Part shown: positions 1-7,836 of the stretch, one piece after another
How positions within the stretch are numbered: position 1 is the stretch's first letter
Layout: the number at the start of each line of letters is the position of its first letter
Source of the DNA: a virus
DNA length: 64,000 bases
Direction: 5' to 3' (one strand)
Virus record (IMG/VR): IMGVR_UViG_3300007540_000013
Span: 35,006 to 99,005 of that record
Notes under the pieces: generated by a model
What the model saw: the letters and a program-made list of their open reading frames with translations, nothing else
Told to the model about the DNA's origin: nothing
Database searches by the model: none
Translations under genes and position numbers: made by a program

Positions 1-48
1 CGTATTGATTTAGTTCTTATATTTACATTGTAATAAAAAATAAAGGTT

Positions 49-330
49 ATGTTAGTAGATCACACATCATTCAGTCGTAAAGACGCACAAGCAGTACAAA
101 TGTTATTAAGCGTATACGCAGAACACTTCGCTGGAGAGTATTTTCATATTGCAAAGAACGAACGTTCCGGAAATGTATATATGAGTTTCGATCATACAGC
201 GGTATGTCCATTTGTAACTTCGGATGGGGAGCTGTTTTTTGAAGTGTTCAATTTCGAAACAAATGAAACGTTTGAAACAGATTCGATTAAAGAAGCAGAA
301 TATGCTAATGAAAATATTTTTACAGCATAA
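49..330 (+). CDS. Hypothetical early protein (93 aa)
   Basis: ORF starts at the ATG of the repeated cassette. Confidence 0.85.
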   Translation: MLVDHTSFSRKDAQAVQMLLSVYAEHFAGEYFHIAKNERSGNVYMSFDHTAVCPFVTSDGELFFEVFNFETNETFETDSIKEAEYANENIFTA

Positions 331-362
331 GTTGGTTACTAAGTATTTAGTTCTTATATTTA
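331..362 (+). promoter_or_regulatory. Early promoter, Bacteroidota-type -33/-7
   Basis: GTTG 331-334, 20-bp spacer, TATATTTA 355-362. Confidence 0.85.
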
Positions 363-385
363 CATTGTAATAAAAAATAAAGGTT

Positions 386-589
386 ATGTTAGTTAGATGT
401 GTTAAGGGTTTTAAGTTAGATGGCGGTTCATTAGGTATTCTCAGAGGAGAGGTATTTAAGCAAATGGATTTTGGAGATGATATTGATGGTTGTGATTTTG
501 AAGCAACAGATTTATCTCGCTTTCCTGGATCAGTTATTTTCTTTCCGGAAGATGTATTGGTAGAATATTTTGAAATAGTCAGCGAATAA
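386..589 (+). CDS. Hypothetical early protein (67 aa)
   Basis: Cassette-preceded ORF. Confidence 0.85.
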   Translation: MLVRCVKGFKLDGGSLGILRGEVFKQMDFGDDIDGCDFEATDLSRFPGSVIFFPEDVLVEYFEIVSE

Positions 590-621
590 GTTGGCTATTC
601 AAGATTTTATTCTTATATTTA
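590..621 (+). promoter_or_regulatory. Early promoter
   Basis: GTTG 590-593, N20, TATATTTA 614-621. Confidence 0.85.
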
Positions 622-645
622 CATTGTAATAAAAAGATAAGGGTT

Positions 646-810
646 ATGAATAATTTGTACAGCTTAGATTGTGTTTTCTACAGAGAGAGTTTTGGATCGA
701 TTAATGAATTGATCGATGATGTTGTGTCTTCCGGAATGGATCCTAATTATGAAATTACCAAGAATGGTGTAAAGACAGGTGAATGTATTATTGATTTAAT
801 TCAATTTTAA
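646..810 (+). CDS. Hypothetical early protein (54 aa, MNNLYSLDCVFYRESFGSINELIDDVV...); not in ORF track
   Basis: Hand-translated; fills the space between two cassettes exactly. Confidence 0.85.
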   Translation: MNNLYSLDCVFYRESFGSINELIDDVVSSGMDPNYEITKNGVKTGECIIDLIQF

Positions 811-842
811 GTTGGATCGTATTGATCTAGTTCGTATATTTA
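811..842 (+). promoter_or_regulatory. Early promoter
   Basis: GTTG 811-814, N20, TATATTTA 835-842. Confidence 0.85.
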
Positions 843-865
843 CATTGTAATAAAAAATAAAGGTT

Positions 866-1207
866 ATGGTAAAGGTTTTGAAAGCTGAAGAAGCGAGAAT
901 TAACGGAACGTATTTGGTGGGATATCTAGAAGATGTCAATTTCATGGACCTGGTAACGGGTTTAGGTGAACCTACTTTTGATGATCCTTCCGGAGATGAT
1001 AAGGTTCAAGTTGAATGGGTTTGTAAATTCAATGGTAAAATATTTACGATTTACGATTGGAAAACTTATGATCGTGAATTTACTGAGCATAGTTTGACGA
1101 AATTCAATGTCGGAGGTAAGGATGTTTCCGGTTTGGAAGTTCAGGAATTTATCGAATTTGTCAAAGGGCAGATTGAGTACGCATACGATAATTTTGATTT
1201 AGCATGA
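866..1207 (+). CDS. Hypothetical early protein (113 aa)
   Basis: Cassette-preceded ORF; LGEPT..DKVQVEW..TIYDWK pattern of a phage small-protein family. Confidence 0.85.
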   Translation: MVKVLKAEEARINGTYLVGYLEDVNFMDLVTGLGEPTFDDPSGDDKVQVEWVCKFNGKIFTIYDWKTYDREFTEHSLTKFNVGGKDVSGLEVQEFIEFVKGQIEYAYDNFDLA

Positions 1208-1356
1208 TATATAAAGTAAAATTACTAGGCAAAGTTCTAGCTCAGTTCAAGGATGACTTTGAACGGGCTAGGGATTATGCCGATAGGTTTCCGGCAAAGG
1301 ATAATGTCGAGGTCTATGAGAATCAGAATTTAGTTTTCATAAAGTTTAACAAATAG
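1204..1356 (+). CDS. Hypothetical protein (50 aa, MIYKVKLLGKVLAQF...); not in ORF track
   Basis: ATGA overlap with upstream stop; its TAG overlaps the next promoter's GTTG. Confidence 0.7.
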   Translation: MIYKVKLLGKVLAQFKDDFERARDYADRFPAKDNVEVYENQNLVFIKFNK

Positions 1357-1387
1357 TTGCTTAACCGAATATTAGTTCGTATATTTA
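1356..1387 (+). promoter_or_regulatory. Early promoter
   Basis: GTTG 1356-1359, N20, TATATTTA 1380-1387. Confidence 0.85.
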
Positions 1388-1415
1388 CGAAGTAATAAAC
1401 AAACAAATAAAGGTT

Positions 1416-2240
1416 ATGAAAAAAGAAATGGAATTAGAATTGCAGCTTCAAGAAGCTCAGACCGCTTACGGAATGTTATTCGATCAGAAAGTAAGTGCTC
1501 GTACGACTGTTATCGCTAATGCATTTAGTGAATTTATTGCTCCGGAAAATACTCGTTTGAGTGCTCGTGAGAAGAGTGTTGAATTTGATCTTATGGAAGA
1601 TCGCTACGCTAATACTTTGGCTCGTCTAGAGATTAGAGATGCTTACGATGATGATTACCGCAAGACGGGGTACGAAGGTGCTTACCGATTCAATAGCGGA
1701 GGTGATAAGGAGATCAAGTTCCTTCCGGCAATGGCTGAGTTCATCAAGATTGCTTCTGATAAGGTTGATAAGATATGTAAATTGTTTGTTGATATCGATC
1801 AGTCTTTTGGTCCTAAGATGCTAGAAGCTAGAAAGGTACGTGATGGTATTCAGAGTGAATTGAATGAGATCGATTACGCTCGTCAGCAAGCTAAGAAGGA
1901 TGCTATCTTAGATCTTATGAAGTCGGAAGAAGGATTTGTACCTCTATCTGCTAAACCTAATAAGGAGTACGGATGGAATCAGACTACGAGTCTTCAGATG
2001 AAGTTCAACTGGGAAGTTAGAAGCCCAGCTCTTATCAAAGTTATAGGTCAGTCTGCTTCCGGAAAGAGTGTTAAGGTTCTAGTTAGTATCAATCGTTACG
2101 ATAATAGTATGTTTACTTACGAGCCAGAGACTATTCGAATGGAGAATCTTCAGAGCTTTATCAACCGAGAGGTTAACTTCAGAGATCGAGTTGAATCAGA
2201 GTTAGAGGGATTCGAGATCGTACAAGGGTTGTTACTCTAA
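1416..2240 (+). CDS. Hypothetical early protein (274 aa, partly coiled-coil)
   Basis: Long cassette-preceded ORF. Confidence 0.85.
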   Translation: MKKEMELELQLQEAQTAYGMLFDQKVSARTTVIANAFSEFIAPENTRLSAREKSVEFDLMEDRYANTLARLEIRDAYDDDYRKTGYEGAYRFNSGGDKEIKFLPAMAEFIKIASDKVDKICKLFVDIDQSFGPKMLEARKVRDGIQSELNEIDYARQQAKKDAILDLMKSEEGFVPLSAKPNKEYGWNQTTSLQMKFNWEVRSPALIKVIGQSASGKSVKVLVSINRYDNSMFTYEPETIRMENLQSFINREVNFRDRVESELEGFEIVQGLLL

Positions 2241-2263
2241 GAGATAGAATATAGAAATGCCTT

Positions 2264-2286
2264 AGGCCGCCTTAGTGCGGCTTTTG
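2264..2286 (+). terminator. Intrinsic terminator-like hairpin
   Basis: GGCCGC-cttagt-GCGGCT followed by TTT. Confidence 0.55.
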
Positions 2287-2356
2287 GTGGTGCCGGAGGT
2301 CGCAGTCGACCTGATTCTTGGTCCTCCCTCTGGCGCCTTTATTTTTATTACCGAAG

Positions 2357-2383
2357 GAAGAGCTGGCTTATGCCGGCTTTTCT
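2357..2383 (+). terminator. Intrinsic terminator-like hairpin
   Basis: GAAGAGCTGGC-ttat-GCCGGCTTTTC. Confidence 0.6.
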
Positions 2384-2392
2384 GGGTTAAGA

Positions 2393-2424
2393 GTTGCTAG
2401 TCTGAATTATATTTCGTATATTTA
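2393..2424 (+). promoter_or_regulatory. Early promoter
   Basis: GTTG 2393-2396, N20, TATATTTA 2417-2424. Confidence 0.85.
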
Positions 2425-2447
2425 CGTAGTAATAAAAAGAAAGAGAT

Positions 2448-2585
2448 ATGTTTAAGTTAACGCAGTACAGAAGATTAGAGATGGATAGTTTGTTTAAAGG
2501 CTATGCAAATGGATTTATCACTGATGATGAATTAGATTTCATGCTCGATATTACACTTGGTGAGGTAAGTAATGTTCAATTTTAA
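2448..2585 (+). CDS. Hypothetical protein (45 aa, MFKLTQYRRLEMDSLF...); not in ORF track
   Basis: Hand-translated; directly after cassette. Confidence 0.75.
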   Translation: MFKLTQYRRLEMDSLFKGYANGFITDDELDFMLDITLGEVSNVQF

Positions 2586-2597
2586 GGAATAAGAGTT

Positions 2598-2759
2598 ATG
2601 AAGTTAGTTAGAGAATTTACTTGTACACTTACTGGGGATGAATGTGTAGTTGTCCTGAATGCTTTTAATCAGGAGGTCTGTCTTCTTAAGTCAGAGTACT
2701 TAGAGATAAAGTCTAATGTTGCTCATGATAAGCGAGAGCTTGAAATGGAAATAGGTTAA
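2598..2759 (+). CDS. Hypothetical protein (53 aa, MKLVREFTCTLTGDECVVV...); not in ORF track
   Basis: Hand-translated; AAGAGTTATG start context like its neighbours. Confidence 0.7.
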   Translation: MKLVREFTCTLTGDECVVVLNAFNQEVCLLKSEYLEIKSNVAHDKRELEMEIG

Positions 2760-2776
2760 AATCTTTTTCCGGAATA

Positions 2777-2808
2777 GTTGCCTCCCTGAGGCATAGTTCG
2801 TATATTTA
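2777..2808 (+). promoter_or_regulatory. Early promoter
   Basis: GTTG 2777-2780, N20, TATATTTA 2801-2808. Confidence 0.85.
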
Positions 2809-2831
2809 CAGAGTAATAAAAAGAAAAGGTT

Positions 2832-3062
2832 ATGACTTACGAGCAAATTGAAAAGATGAGCAAAGACGATCTAGTCTATGCATTCAAAAGACTAACTGAG
2901 ATCGCAGAAGATGCTTCTAGCCAGTTCAAAGAGATGGAAGCTAAGTACGATACCATAGACGAGGACTACTGCGCTCATAGCCACATCGGTTACTGTGAAG
3001 CAAGCTTTAGCATCCTGCTAGGACGTCTAGAGAGTGTTGTGGATGTGCTAACAAAGAAGTAA
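2832..3062 (+). CDS. Hypothetical early protein (76 aa)
   Basis: Cassette-preceded ORF. Confidence 0.85.
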   Translation: MTYEQIEKMSKDDLVYAFKRLTEIAEDASSQFKEMEAKYDTIDEDYCAHSHIGYCEASFSILLGRLESVVDVLTKK

Positions 3063-3081
3063 CATTCCGGAAAAAAAGTTA

Positions 3082-3121
3082 GGGAGGTAGTTGCCTCCCC
3101 GGCTTTACTTTCGTATATTTA
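3082..3121 (+). promoter_or_regulatory. Early promoter whose -33 box lies in a hairpin loop
   Basis: GGGAGG-tagttg-CCTCCC; GTTG 3090-3093, N20, TATATTTA 3114-3121. Confidence 0.8.
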
Positions 3122-3144
3122 CTATGTAATAAAAAATAAAGGTT

Positions 3145-3660
3145 ATGTCAAAGGTTTTAGATTATGTTTACGCTTCAGAAGTAATTAACAACTACAAAGA
3201 GTCTATCAAAGCTCGCAATGAGAAGAACGATTGCTTTGTAAGAGCGGTAGCTAGTGCTTCTGGAAGTTCATACGATGCTGCTCACAGCTATGTTAAGGAT
3301 ACTTTCGGCCGTCAAGAGCGCCAAGGTACAATGTTCGTTGACTCTACTATGCTACAGATAGAAGGTAAGCTCCAAGAGTTCGGTCAAGTAAAGGTTAAGT
3401 TCGAGAAGCTAGAGAAGAAGCTAGTAAGAAATACTTATAAGCTTCATGGTGAACTGATCGATAGAAAGAAGACAGTTAAGTCTTTTATCAAAACGAACCC
3501 TAAAGGTACTTTCATCGTACTAGTAGCTGGTCATGCTTTCACAATCAAAGATGGAGTGCTGGTAGATAATCAAGGTGAGGAGTTCAGACCTACTAGAAAG
3601 GTTCAGAGTGCCTATAAGGTCATAGAGGAGACAATAGATCCTCAGCTTAAACTCTTCTAA
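3145..3660 (+). CDS. Hypothetical protein, possible papain-like Cys-His-Asp peptidase fold
   Basis: NDCFVRAVA (Cys at helix start) ... AGHAFTIKDG..VD. Confidence 0.45.
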   Translation: MSKVLDYVYASEVINNYKESIKARNEKNDCFVRAVASASGSSYDAAHSYVKDTFGRQERQGTMFVDSTMLQIEGKLQEFGQVKVKFEKLEKKLVRNTYKLHGELIDRKKTVKSFIKTNPKGTFIVLVAGHAFTIKDGVLVDNQGEEFRPTRKVQSAYKVIEETIDPQLKLF

Positions 3661-3677
3661 GATAGAGATATAGAGAT

Positions 3678-3699
3678 AGGGCCTTAGGGCCCTTTTCTT
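3678..3699 (+). terminator. Intrinsic terminator closing the early array
   Basis: AGGGCC-ttag-GGCCCT-TTTCTT. Confidence 0.85.
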
Positions 3700-3918
3700 A
3701 TGTATATAGATTGATGGTCTCTGGAGTGCATCTAGATAGCAAGGTGACGTCAAGGTGATAGCACTGTGACAGAAAACTGCCAGTAAATTTCACTAGACGG
3801 TTTTCTCAACGGTTATCTGAGCCATACTAGGTTGCATATTTCTGATGAGATTTTGAATATAGGGGATATATATTGATATATTTAAAGAGAAATTGGTACC
3901 TACTAACTCTTTAGTTAA

Positions 3919-4296
3919 TTAATAGTTGATCTTTTCTTTATATCCTGTTTCTACTCTGTTAATCTCTCGACTAAGAGCTTGAGTCTCTAACAGAAGTAAT
4001 CTCTGCTCATCCATAAACTTATTATCCAGTTTATCAATCCTACTATCGATGGTACGGTGTATACCTTCGTAGTGTTTAAGAAAGTCTTCATCGAGTTTGT
4101 TAGTCTCTCTAATGATTCTACTTTCTAAATTGCTTGTCTTATTCAGAACATCCATATAGATATTCTCTTGTTCTCTTTGGAGGTTATCAAGATCCTTTCT
4201 TAGAATTTTGATTGCCATATAATTCACAGACGTACCCGCAACCATCAATAGAATGATGACAGCACATACACCTAAAATAAATGATGTAATTTCCAT
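3919..4296 (-). CDS. Membrane-anchored coiled-coil protein (125 aa)
   Basis: N-terminal hydrophobic helix; has its own early-type promoter on the - strand. Confidence 0.8.
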   Translation of the reverse strand: MEITSFILGVCAVIILLMVAGTSVNYMAIKILRKDLDNLQREQENIYMDVLNKTSNLESRIIRETNKLDEDFLKHYEGIHRTIDSRIDKLDNKFMDEQRLLLLETQALSREINRVETGYKEKINY

Positions 4297-4349
4297 AGTT
4301 TTAATTTTTTAATGTCAAAGAACGTTCGGTACCAAATCCCGTTATTAGT

Positions 4350-4381
4350 TTAATATACGAACTTTTTGAGTAAGAAACAAG
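4350..4381 (-). promoter_or_regulatory. Early-type promoter on - strand
   Basis: Reverse complement reads CTTG-N20-TATATTAA. Confidence 0.75.
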
Positions 4382-4479
4382 AAAACCTAAGAAAAAAATT
4401 TTGATAGATTTTTCTATATAGGAAAGTATATAGGTATATATTTATATATAGATAATAGAGTTATTCTCTATTTATAGTT

Positions 4480-4920
4480 ATGAAGCCATTAGATCCTTCC
4501 TTCTTTGATATGTTTGATTACTCCGATGGAGAGGATCTTGAGAGAGCAGGCATGATTGATTCTCTAAGCGATTACTTAGAGCATCCTTATTTGCTATTCG
4601 GCTCAGTGATACGAGGTGTAGAGAATTTCTATATAGTAAGAGAGATGTATACCCGTACCTATAAGGAGGAATTTGAGAGAGTAGAGGAGAACGTTAAGAG
4701 TAAGTACTTTAATAGATTGTATACGTTCTTAGAAAGATTCGATGAGAGCGATGATGATTTCATAGCCGAAGCCAAGAGATTTGAAGTACCCGAATCATCC
4801 TACGCTCTTATATCTCTACGCTCTTACTTTGAAACTAAAGAGGAGTATGAGAAGTGTGCTAAGATCCAGTCTATATTCACAAAACTTTCTCTAGATGAGA
4901 GTTGCGTATATGATTTTTAA
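4480..4920 (+). CDS. Hypothetical protein with C-terminal UVR-like helical motif
   Basis: YFETKEEYEKCAKIQ resembles the UvrB/C motif; TATTTATA upstream. Confidence 0.6.
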   Translation: MKPLDPSFFDMFDYSDGEDLERAGMIDSLSDYLEHPYLLFGSVIRGVENFYIVREMYTRTYKEEFERVEENVKSKYFNRLYTFLERFDESDDDFIAEAKRFEVPESSYALISLRSYFETKEEYEKCAKIQSIFTKLSLDESCVYDF

Positions 4921-4932
4921 TTCGTATATTTA
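4901..4932 (+). promoter_or_regulatory. Early promoter
   Basis: GTTG 4901-4904, N20, TATATTTA 4925-4932. Confidence 0.8.
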
Positions 4933-4952
4933 AGTAATTAAATAAAACGGTT

Positions 4953-5144
4953 ATGATTAATGGAATCCTTACTTACATCTTCATTGGTGTTATTTGTAAT
5001 TTTGTATTTGACTTACTAGTCAATCAATTAGAGATAGAAGAGCAGCGCTTTACTATCACCGAGCGCATCGTTACTACGGCTTTATGGCCTATAGCGTTAG
5101 CAGTATTTATATATAATTTTCTTAAAGGATTATTTAAATCATGA
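4953..5144 (+). CDS. Small membrane protein with two TM segments
   Basis: Two hydrophobic segments, LWP motif. Confidence 0.75.
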   Translation: MINGILTYIFIGVICNFVFDLLVNQLEIEEQRFTITERIVTTALWPIALAVFIYNFLKGLFKS

Positions 5145-5767
5145 TAAGAGATATAATTACCTTAGAGAAGGCTATTAAGTTAGAATCTGAGTCTCTCTTG
5201 ACTCTATACTACCCCAGTACCTCCTATGATAACCTCCCAGATGTTCTTTCTATAGAGAAATATACTGATAACTTCATCTCTTACGCTAAAGAGCACTCTA
5301 GAAAGCCAATAGACTCTCTCATACACCTTTTATCACCAGAGTACGAGGTAGAGGTTCAAATGCCATTCGATGAGAAGACCGGAACCTTTCATTGGGTACG
5401 GCTCTTTGGTAAGATACAGCAAGTATCCTCTATTGTATCCGAGGAGAAGCACCGTGGGTGGGTCTACCTCTTAACTAACCCTGCTCATCCCGAACTTATC
5501 AAGATCGGTAAAGCTGTTACGCCTTCATCCCGCATCAAAGGCATTAACGGGGCAGGTACCGTAGATGAATGGTCTTTAAGAGCAGCTATGCCTGTCTCGG
5601 AAGACTATACCGTTGAGAATCTCGTACATACACAATTGGCACAATATAGAAGAGACTCTAACCAAGGATCTTCAAGAGAATTTTTTGAAGTTCCGCTATC
5701 GTTAGCAATGAGCACTTTATTAGAAGTATCCGAACCATTTAAAGCAGGAGATCTTGTATTATATTAA
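5141..5767 (+). CDS. GIY-YIG superfamily (T5orf172-like) domain protein
   Basis: GWVYLLTNP..LIKIG..R..IN, E..VH..L, REFF motifs. Confidence 0.8.
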   Translation: MIRDIITLEKAIKLESESLLTLYYPSTSYDNLPDVLSIEKYTDNFISYAKEHSRKPIDSLIHLLSPEYEVEVQMPFDEKTGTFHWVRLFGKIQQVSSIVSEEKHRGWVYLLTNPAHPELIKIGKAVTPSSRIKGINGAGTVDEWSLRAAMPVSEDYTVENLVHTQLAQYRRDSNQGSSREFFEVPLSLAMSTLLEVSEPFKAGDLVLY

Positions 5768-5826
5768 AATTTGCGTGTCAACTTTTTTCGCGCTCGCGGC
5801 GCGTGGTAAAACTTTTTTATAAAACG

Positions 5827-5858
5827 CTTGCTTCCCCGAGATATTTTTATTAACTTAA
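5827..5858 (+). promoter_or_regulatory. Early/middle-type promoter variant
   Basis: CTTG 5827-5830, N20, TAACTTAA 5851-5858. Confidence 0.55.
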
Positions 5859-5936
5859 AGGTATATAAGATATTATATAGTATAATATAAATTATATATT
5901 AATATTAATATAAAGAATAATACTTAGTAAAGAAAT

Positions 5937-6116
5937 ATGAGAAACAAAGAATTATTTCAACAAAAAGTTACTCGTCTTGAATCTATGATGAATAATATAG
6001 GTAGAGCAGTATCTTTAAATGAGCAACAACAAGCTTTCGATGGTATCGAAAGAGCTAAAGTTATGCTCAATGACCTACAAACTATGTTAAACCGAGAATC
6101 AACTACATTTGAGTAA
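5937..6116 (+). CDS. Hypothetical helical protein (59 aa, MRNKELFQQKVTRLES...); not in ORF track
   Basis: Hand-translated; stop is 1 nt before the ATG at 6118. Confidence 0.75.
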   Translation: MRNKELFQQKVTRLESMMNNIGRAVSLNEQQQAFDGIERAKVMLNDLQTMLNRESTTFE

Positions 6117-6117
6117 T

Positions 6118-6852
6118 ATGCTTACTGCTGAACAGATTTTAGAGAATTATAATAAGCATCTTGCTATTATTAACTCATCTATCACCGGTGATCGACGTGA
6201 TTTAGTGCTTTCTATGATAGAAACCGTTGGAGAAACCTATGTTATGTCACCTGCTAGTGGGAAATCGTGGTATCATAATGCTTTTGCCGGTGGTTACGTT
6301 GATCATGTCAATAGAGTCGTTGAAACTGCGGTGAAAATGATGAAATTCTGGGAATCGATGGGTGGAACTATCGATTTTACCCAAGAGGAACTCGTTTTTG
6401 CTGCTCTTTTCCATGATTTAGGTAAAATAGGTGATGGAAACAGTGCTGGATACATTGAACAGACTGATAACTGGCGTAGAGATAAGCTAAATGAGATGTA
6501 CAAACCTAATCCTGAGTTAGATTTCATGATGATCCCTGATAGATCTCTATACATACTCCAGAAGTTCGGTATTCAAGTATCTCACAAAGAGTATTTAGGT
6601 ATCAAACTACACGATGGTGTCTTTGATGACGGGAATAAGCCATACTTCTTTAGTTACAACCCAGACTCTCGTATGAGAACTAACATAGTCAACGTTCTAC
6701 ACATGGCAGACTACATGGCTTCTAAGGTAGAATACGATATGTGGAAGAGAGATGGTGGAAAAACCACTCCATCTACTCAGAAAACTAAATCTTCCACAGG
6801 TAAGACTATTAAATCATCAGAAGGACTTAGTAATTTTATAAAAAATATTTAG
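6118..6852 (+). CDS. HD-domain phosphohydrolase (YhaM-like HD domain)
   Basis: PAS...YHNAFAGGYVDH, ALFHDLGK, LHDG, HMAD motifs; ATG at 6118 preferred to TTG at 6109. Confidence 0.85.
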   Translation: MLTAEQILENYNKHLAIINSSITGDRRDLVLSMIETVGETYVMSPASGKSWYHNAFAGGYVDHVNRVVETAVKMMKFWESMGGTIDFTQEELVFAALFHDLGKIGDGNSAGYIEQTDNWRRDKLNEMYKPNPELDFMMIPDRSLYILQKFGIQVSHKEYLGIKLHDGVFDDGNKPYFFSYNPDSRMRTNIVNVLHMADYMASKVEYDMWKRDGGKTTPSTQKTKSSTGKTIKSSEGLSNFIKNI

Positions 6853-6854
6853 AA

Positions 6855-7154
6855 ATGTTGGTTTTATCAATTATTTTAGCTATATTACTGATTATACTTG
6901 GATACTTTACTTGGAATTTACTAAGAAAAGTAGAAAAGTACGAAGATATAGCACAGTATCAACAAAATTATATCGAGAATGTATCCACCGTTATTGGTGA
7001 ATCCTCAAAAAGGTTACGTGAAGTTGATGAAAAAGGAACTTTTGAGTCGGATGACGAAATTGGATTTTTCTTCAAAGGGGTAAAAGAGATACAAAGTATA
7101 CTTGATGAGTTTAACCTTAACGTAACCGATGGGCAGAAAAAAGAGCAAAGCTAA
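6855..7154 (+). CDS. Membrane-anchored protein (99 aa)
   Basis: N-terminal TM helix then coiled coil. Confidence 0.75.
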   Translation: MLVLSIILAILLIILGYFTWNLLRKVEKYEDIAQYQQNYIENVSTVIGESSKRLREVDEKGTFESDDEIGFFFKGVKEIQSILDEFNLNVTDGQKKEQS

Positions 7155-7833
7155 TTACTTTACCCAAGAAACCGAAGATGCAATCGTAGCTTATAATAAT
7201 TCAAAAGATTTTGAGTTTAGGAATAAGATTTTTAGTGATAGGATTTATTACCCTCTATACAAGCTAGCAGAAAACATAATTCATACTTTTAAATTTTACT
7301 ATACCGATGTAGACGATCTCGAGGATTTAAAACTTGAGGTCGTTTCCCTGTTAGTAGAAGAGAAGTTACATATGTTCGATCCTACTAGAGGAGCAAAAGC
7401 ATACTCGTACTTTGGAACTATTGTTAAGCGTCACTTAATTAATTATAATAATAAGAATTATAAGAGAGTTAAGCAGCAGACAACTATGGATGTATGGGAA
7501 GGAAGTTACGATTTCAACACTCCTGAGATTCACCCCTACGCATTATCTTTAAAACAGGTATTTGATATGTACATCGATGAAATGTATGATAAGTTAGATG
7601 ACCTGTTCACTAAAGATGCTGATAGACAGATAGCAGACGCCGTCTTAACGTTATTTAAAAAACGTTACGACTTAGATATTTTCAAAAAGAAAGCTCTCTA
7701 TATTTACATTCGAGAAATAACCGGTACCGAAACACCGTACCTCACCAGAGTCATAAACGTACTAAAAGAAGAGTTCTATATAATCTACAACGAACTTAAC
7801 GAAAAAGGGTTAATTGACTTAAATAAGTACTGA
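7129..7833 (+). CDS. Phage late-transcription sigma factor (T4 gp55-like)
   Basis: NYFT..E.AI..YN, KLAENII, FDPTRGAKAYSYFGTIVKR (sigma region-2-like); precedes the late module. Confidence 0.7.
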   Translation: MGRKKSKANYFTQETEDAIVAYNNSKDFEFRNKIFSDRIYYPLYKLAENIIHTFKFYYTDVDDLEDLKLEVVSLLVEEKLHMFDPTRGAKAYSYFGTIVKRHLINYNNKNYKRVKQQTTMDVWEGSYDFNTPEIHPYALSLKQVFDMYIDEMYDKLDDLFTKDADRQIADAVLTLFKKRYDLDIFKKKALYIYIREITGTETPYLTRVINVLKEEFYIIYNELNEKGLIDLNKY

Positions 7834-7836
7834 TTC

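Larger units (their letters stand above)
1..3147 (+). repeat. Dispersed ~55-bp promoter + translation-initiation cassette in front of early ORFs (8 copies)
   Basis: GTTG-N20-TATATTTAC-n4-GTAATAAA...ATG, mostly ending AAGGTTATG. The -7 boxes are at 18, 355, 614, 835, 1380, 2417, 2801 and 3114. The first four copies are nearly identical (TATATTTACATTGTAATAAAAA...GGTTATG). Confidence 0.95.

Noticed and set aside
2289-2340. HDV-like ribozyme (GTC-CTCCCTCT-GGCGCC resembles P3/L3)
   Set aside because: No P1 partner, no P1.1 GG and no P4/catalytic C segment downstream
1-3147. CRISPR-like or integron-like array
   Set aside because: Repeats are separated by whole ORFs of 150-850 bp and are promoters; no cas or integrase gene and no attC structure
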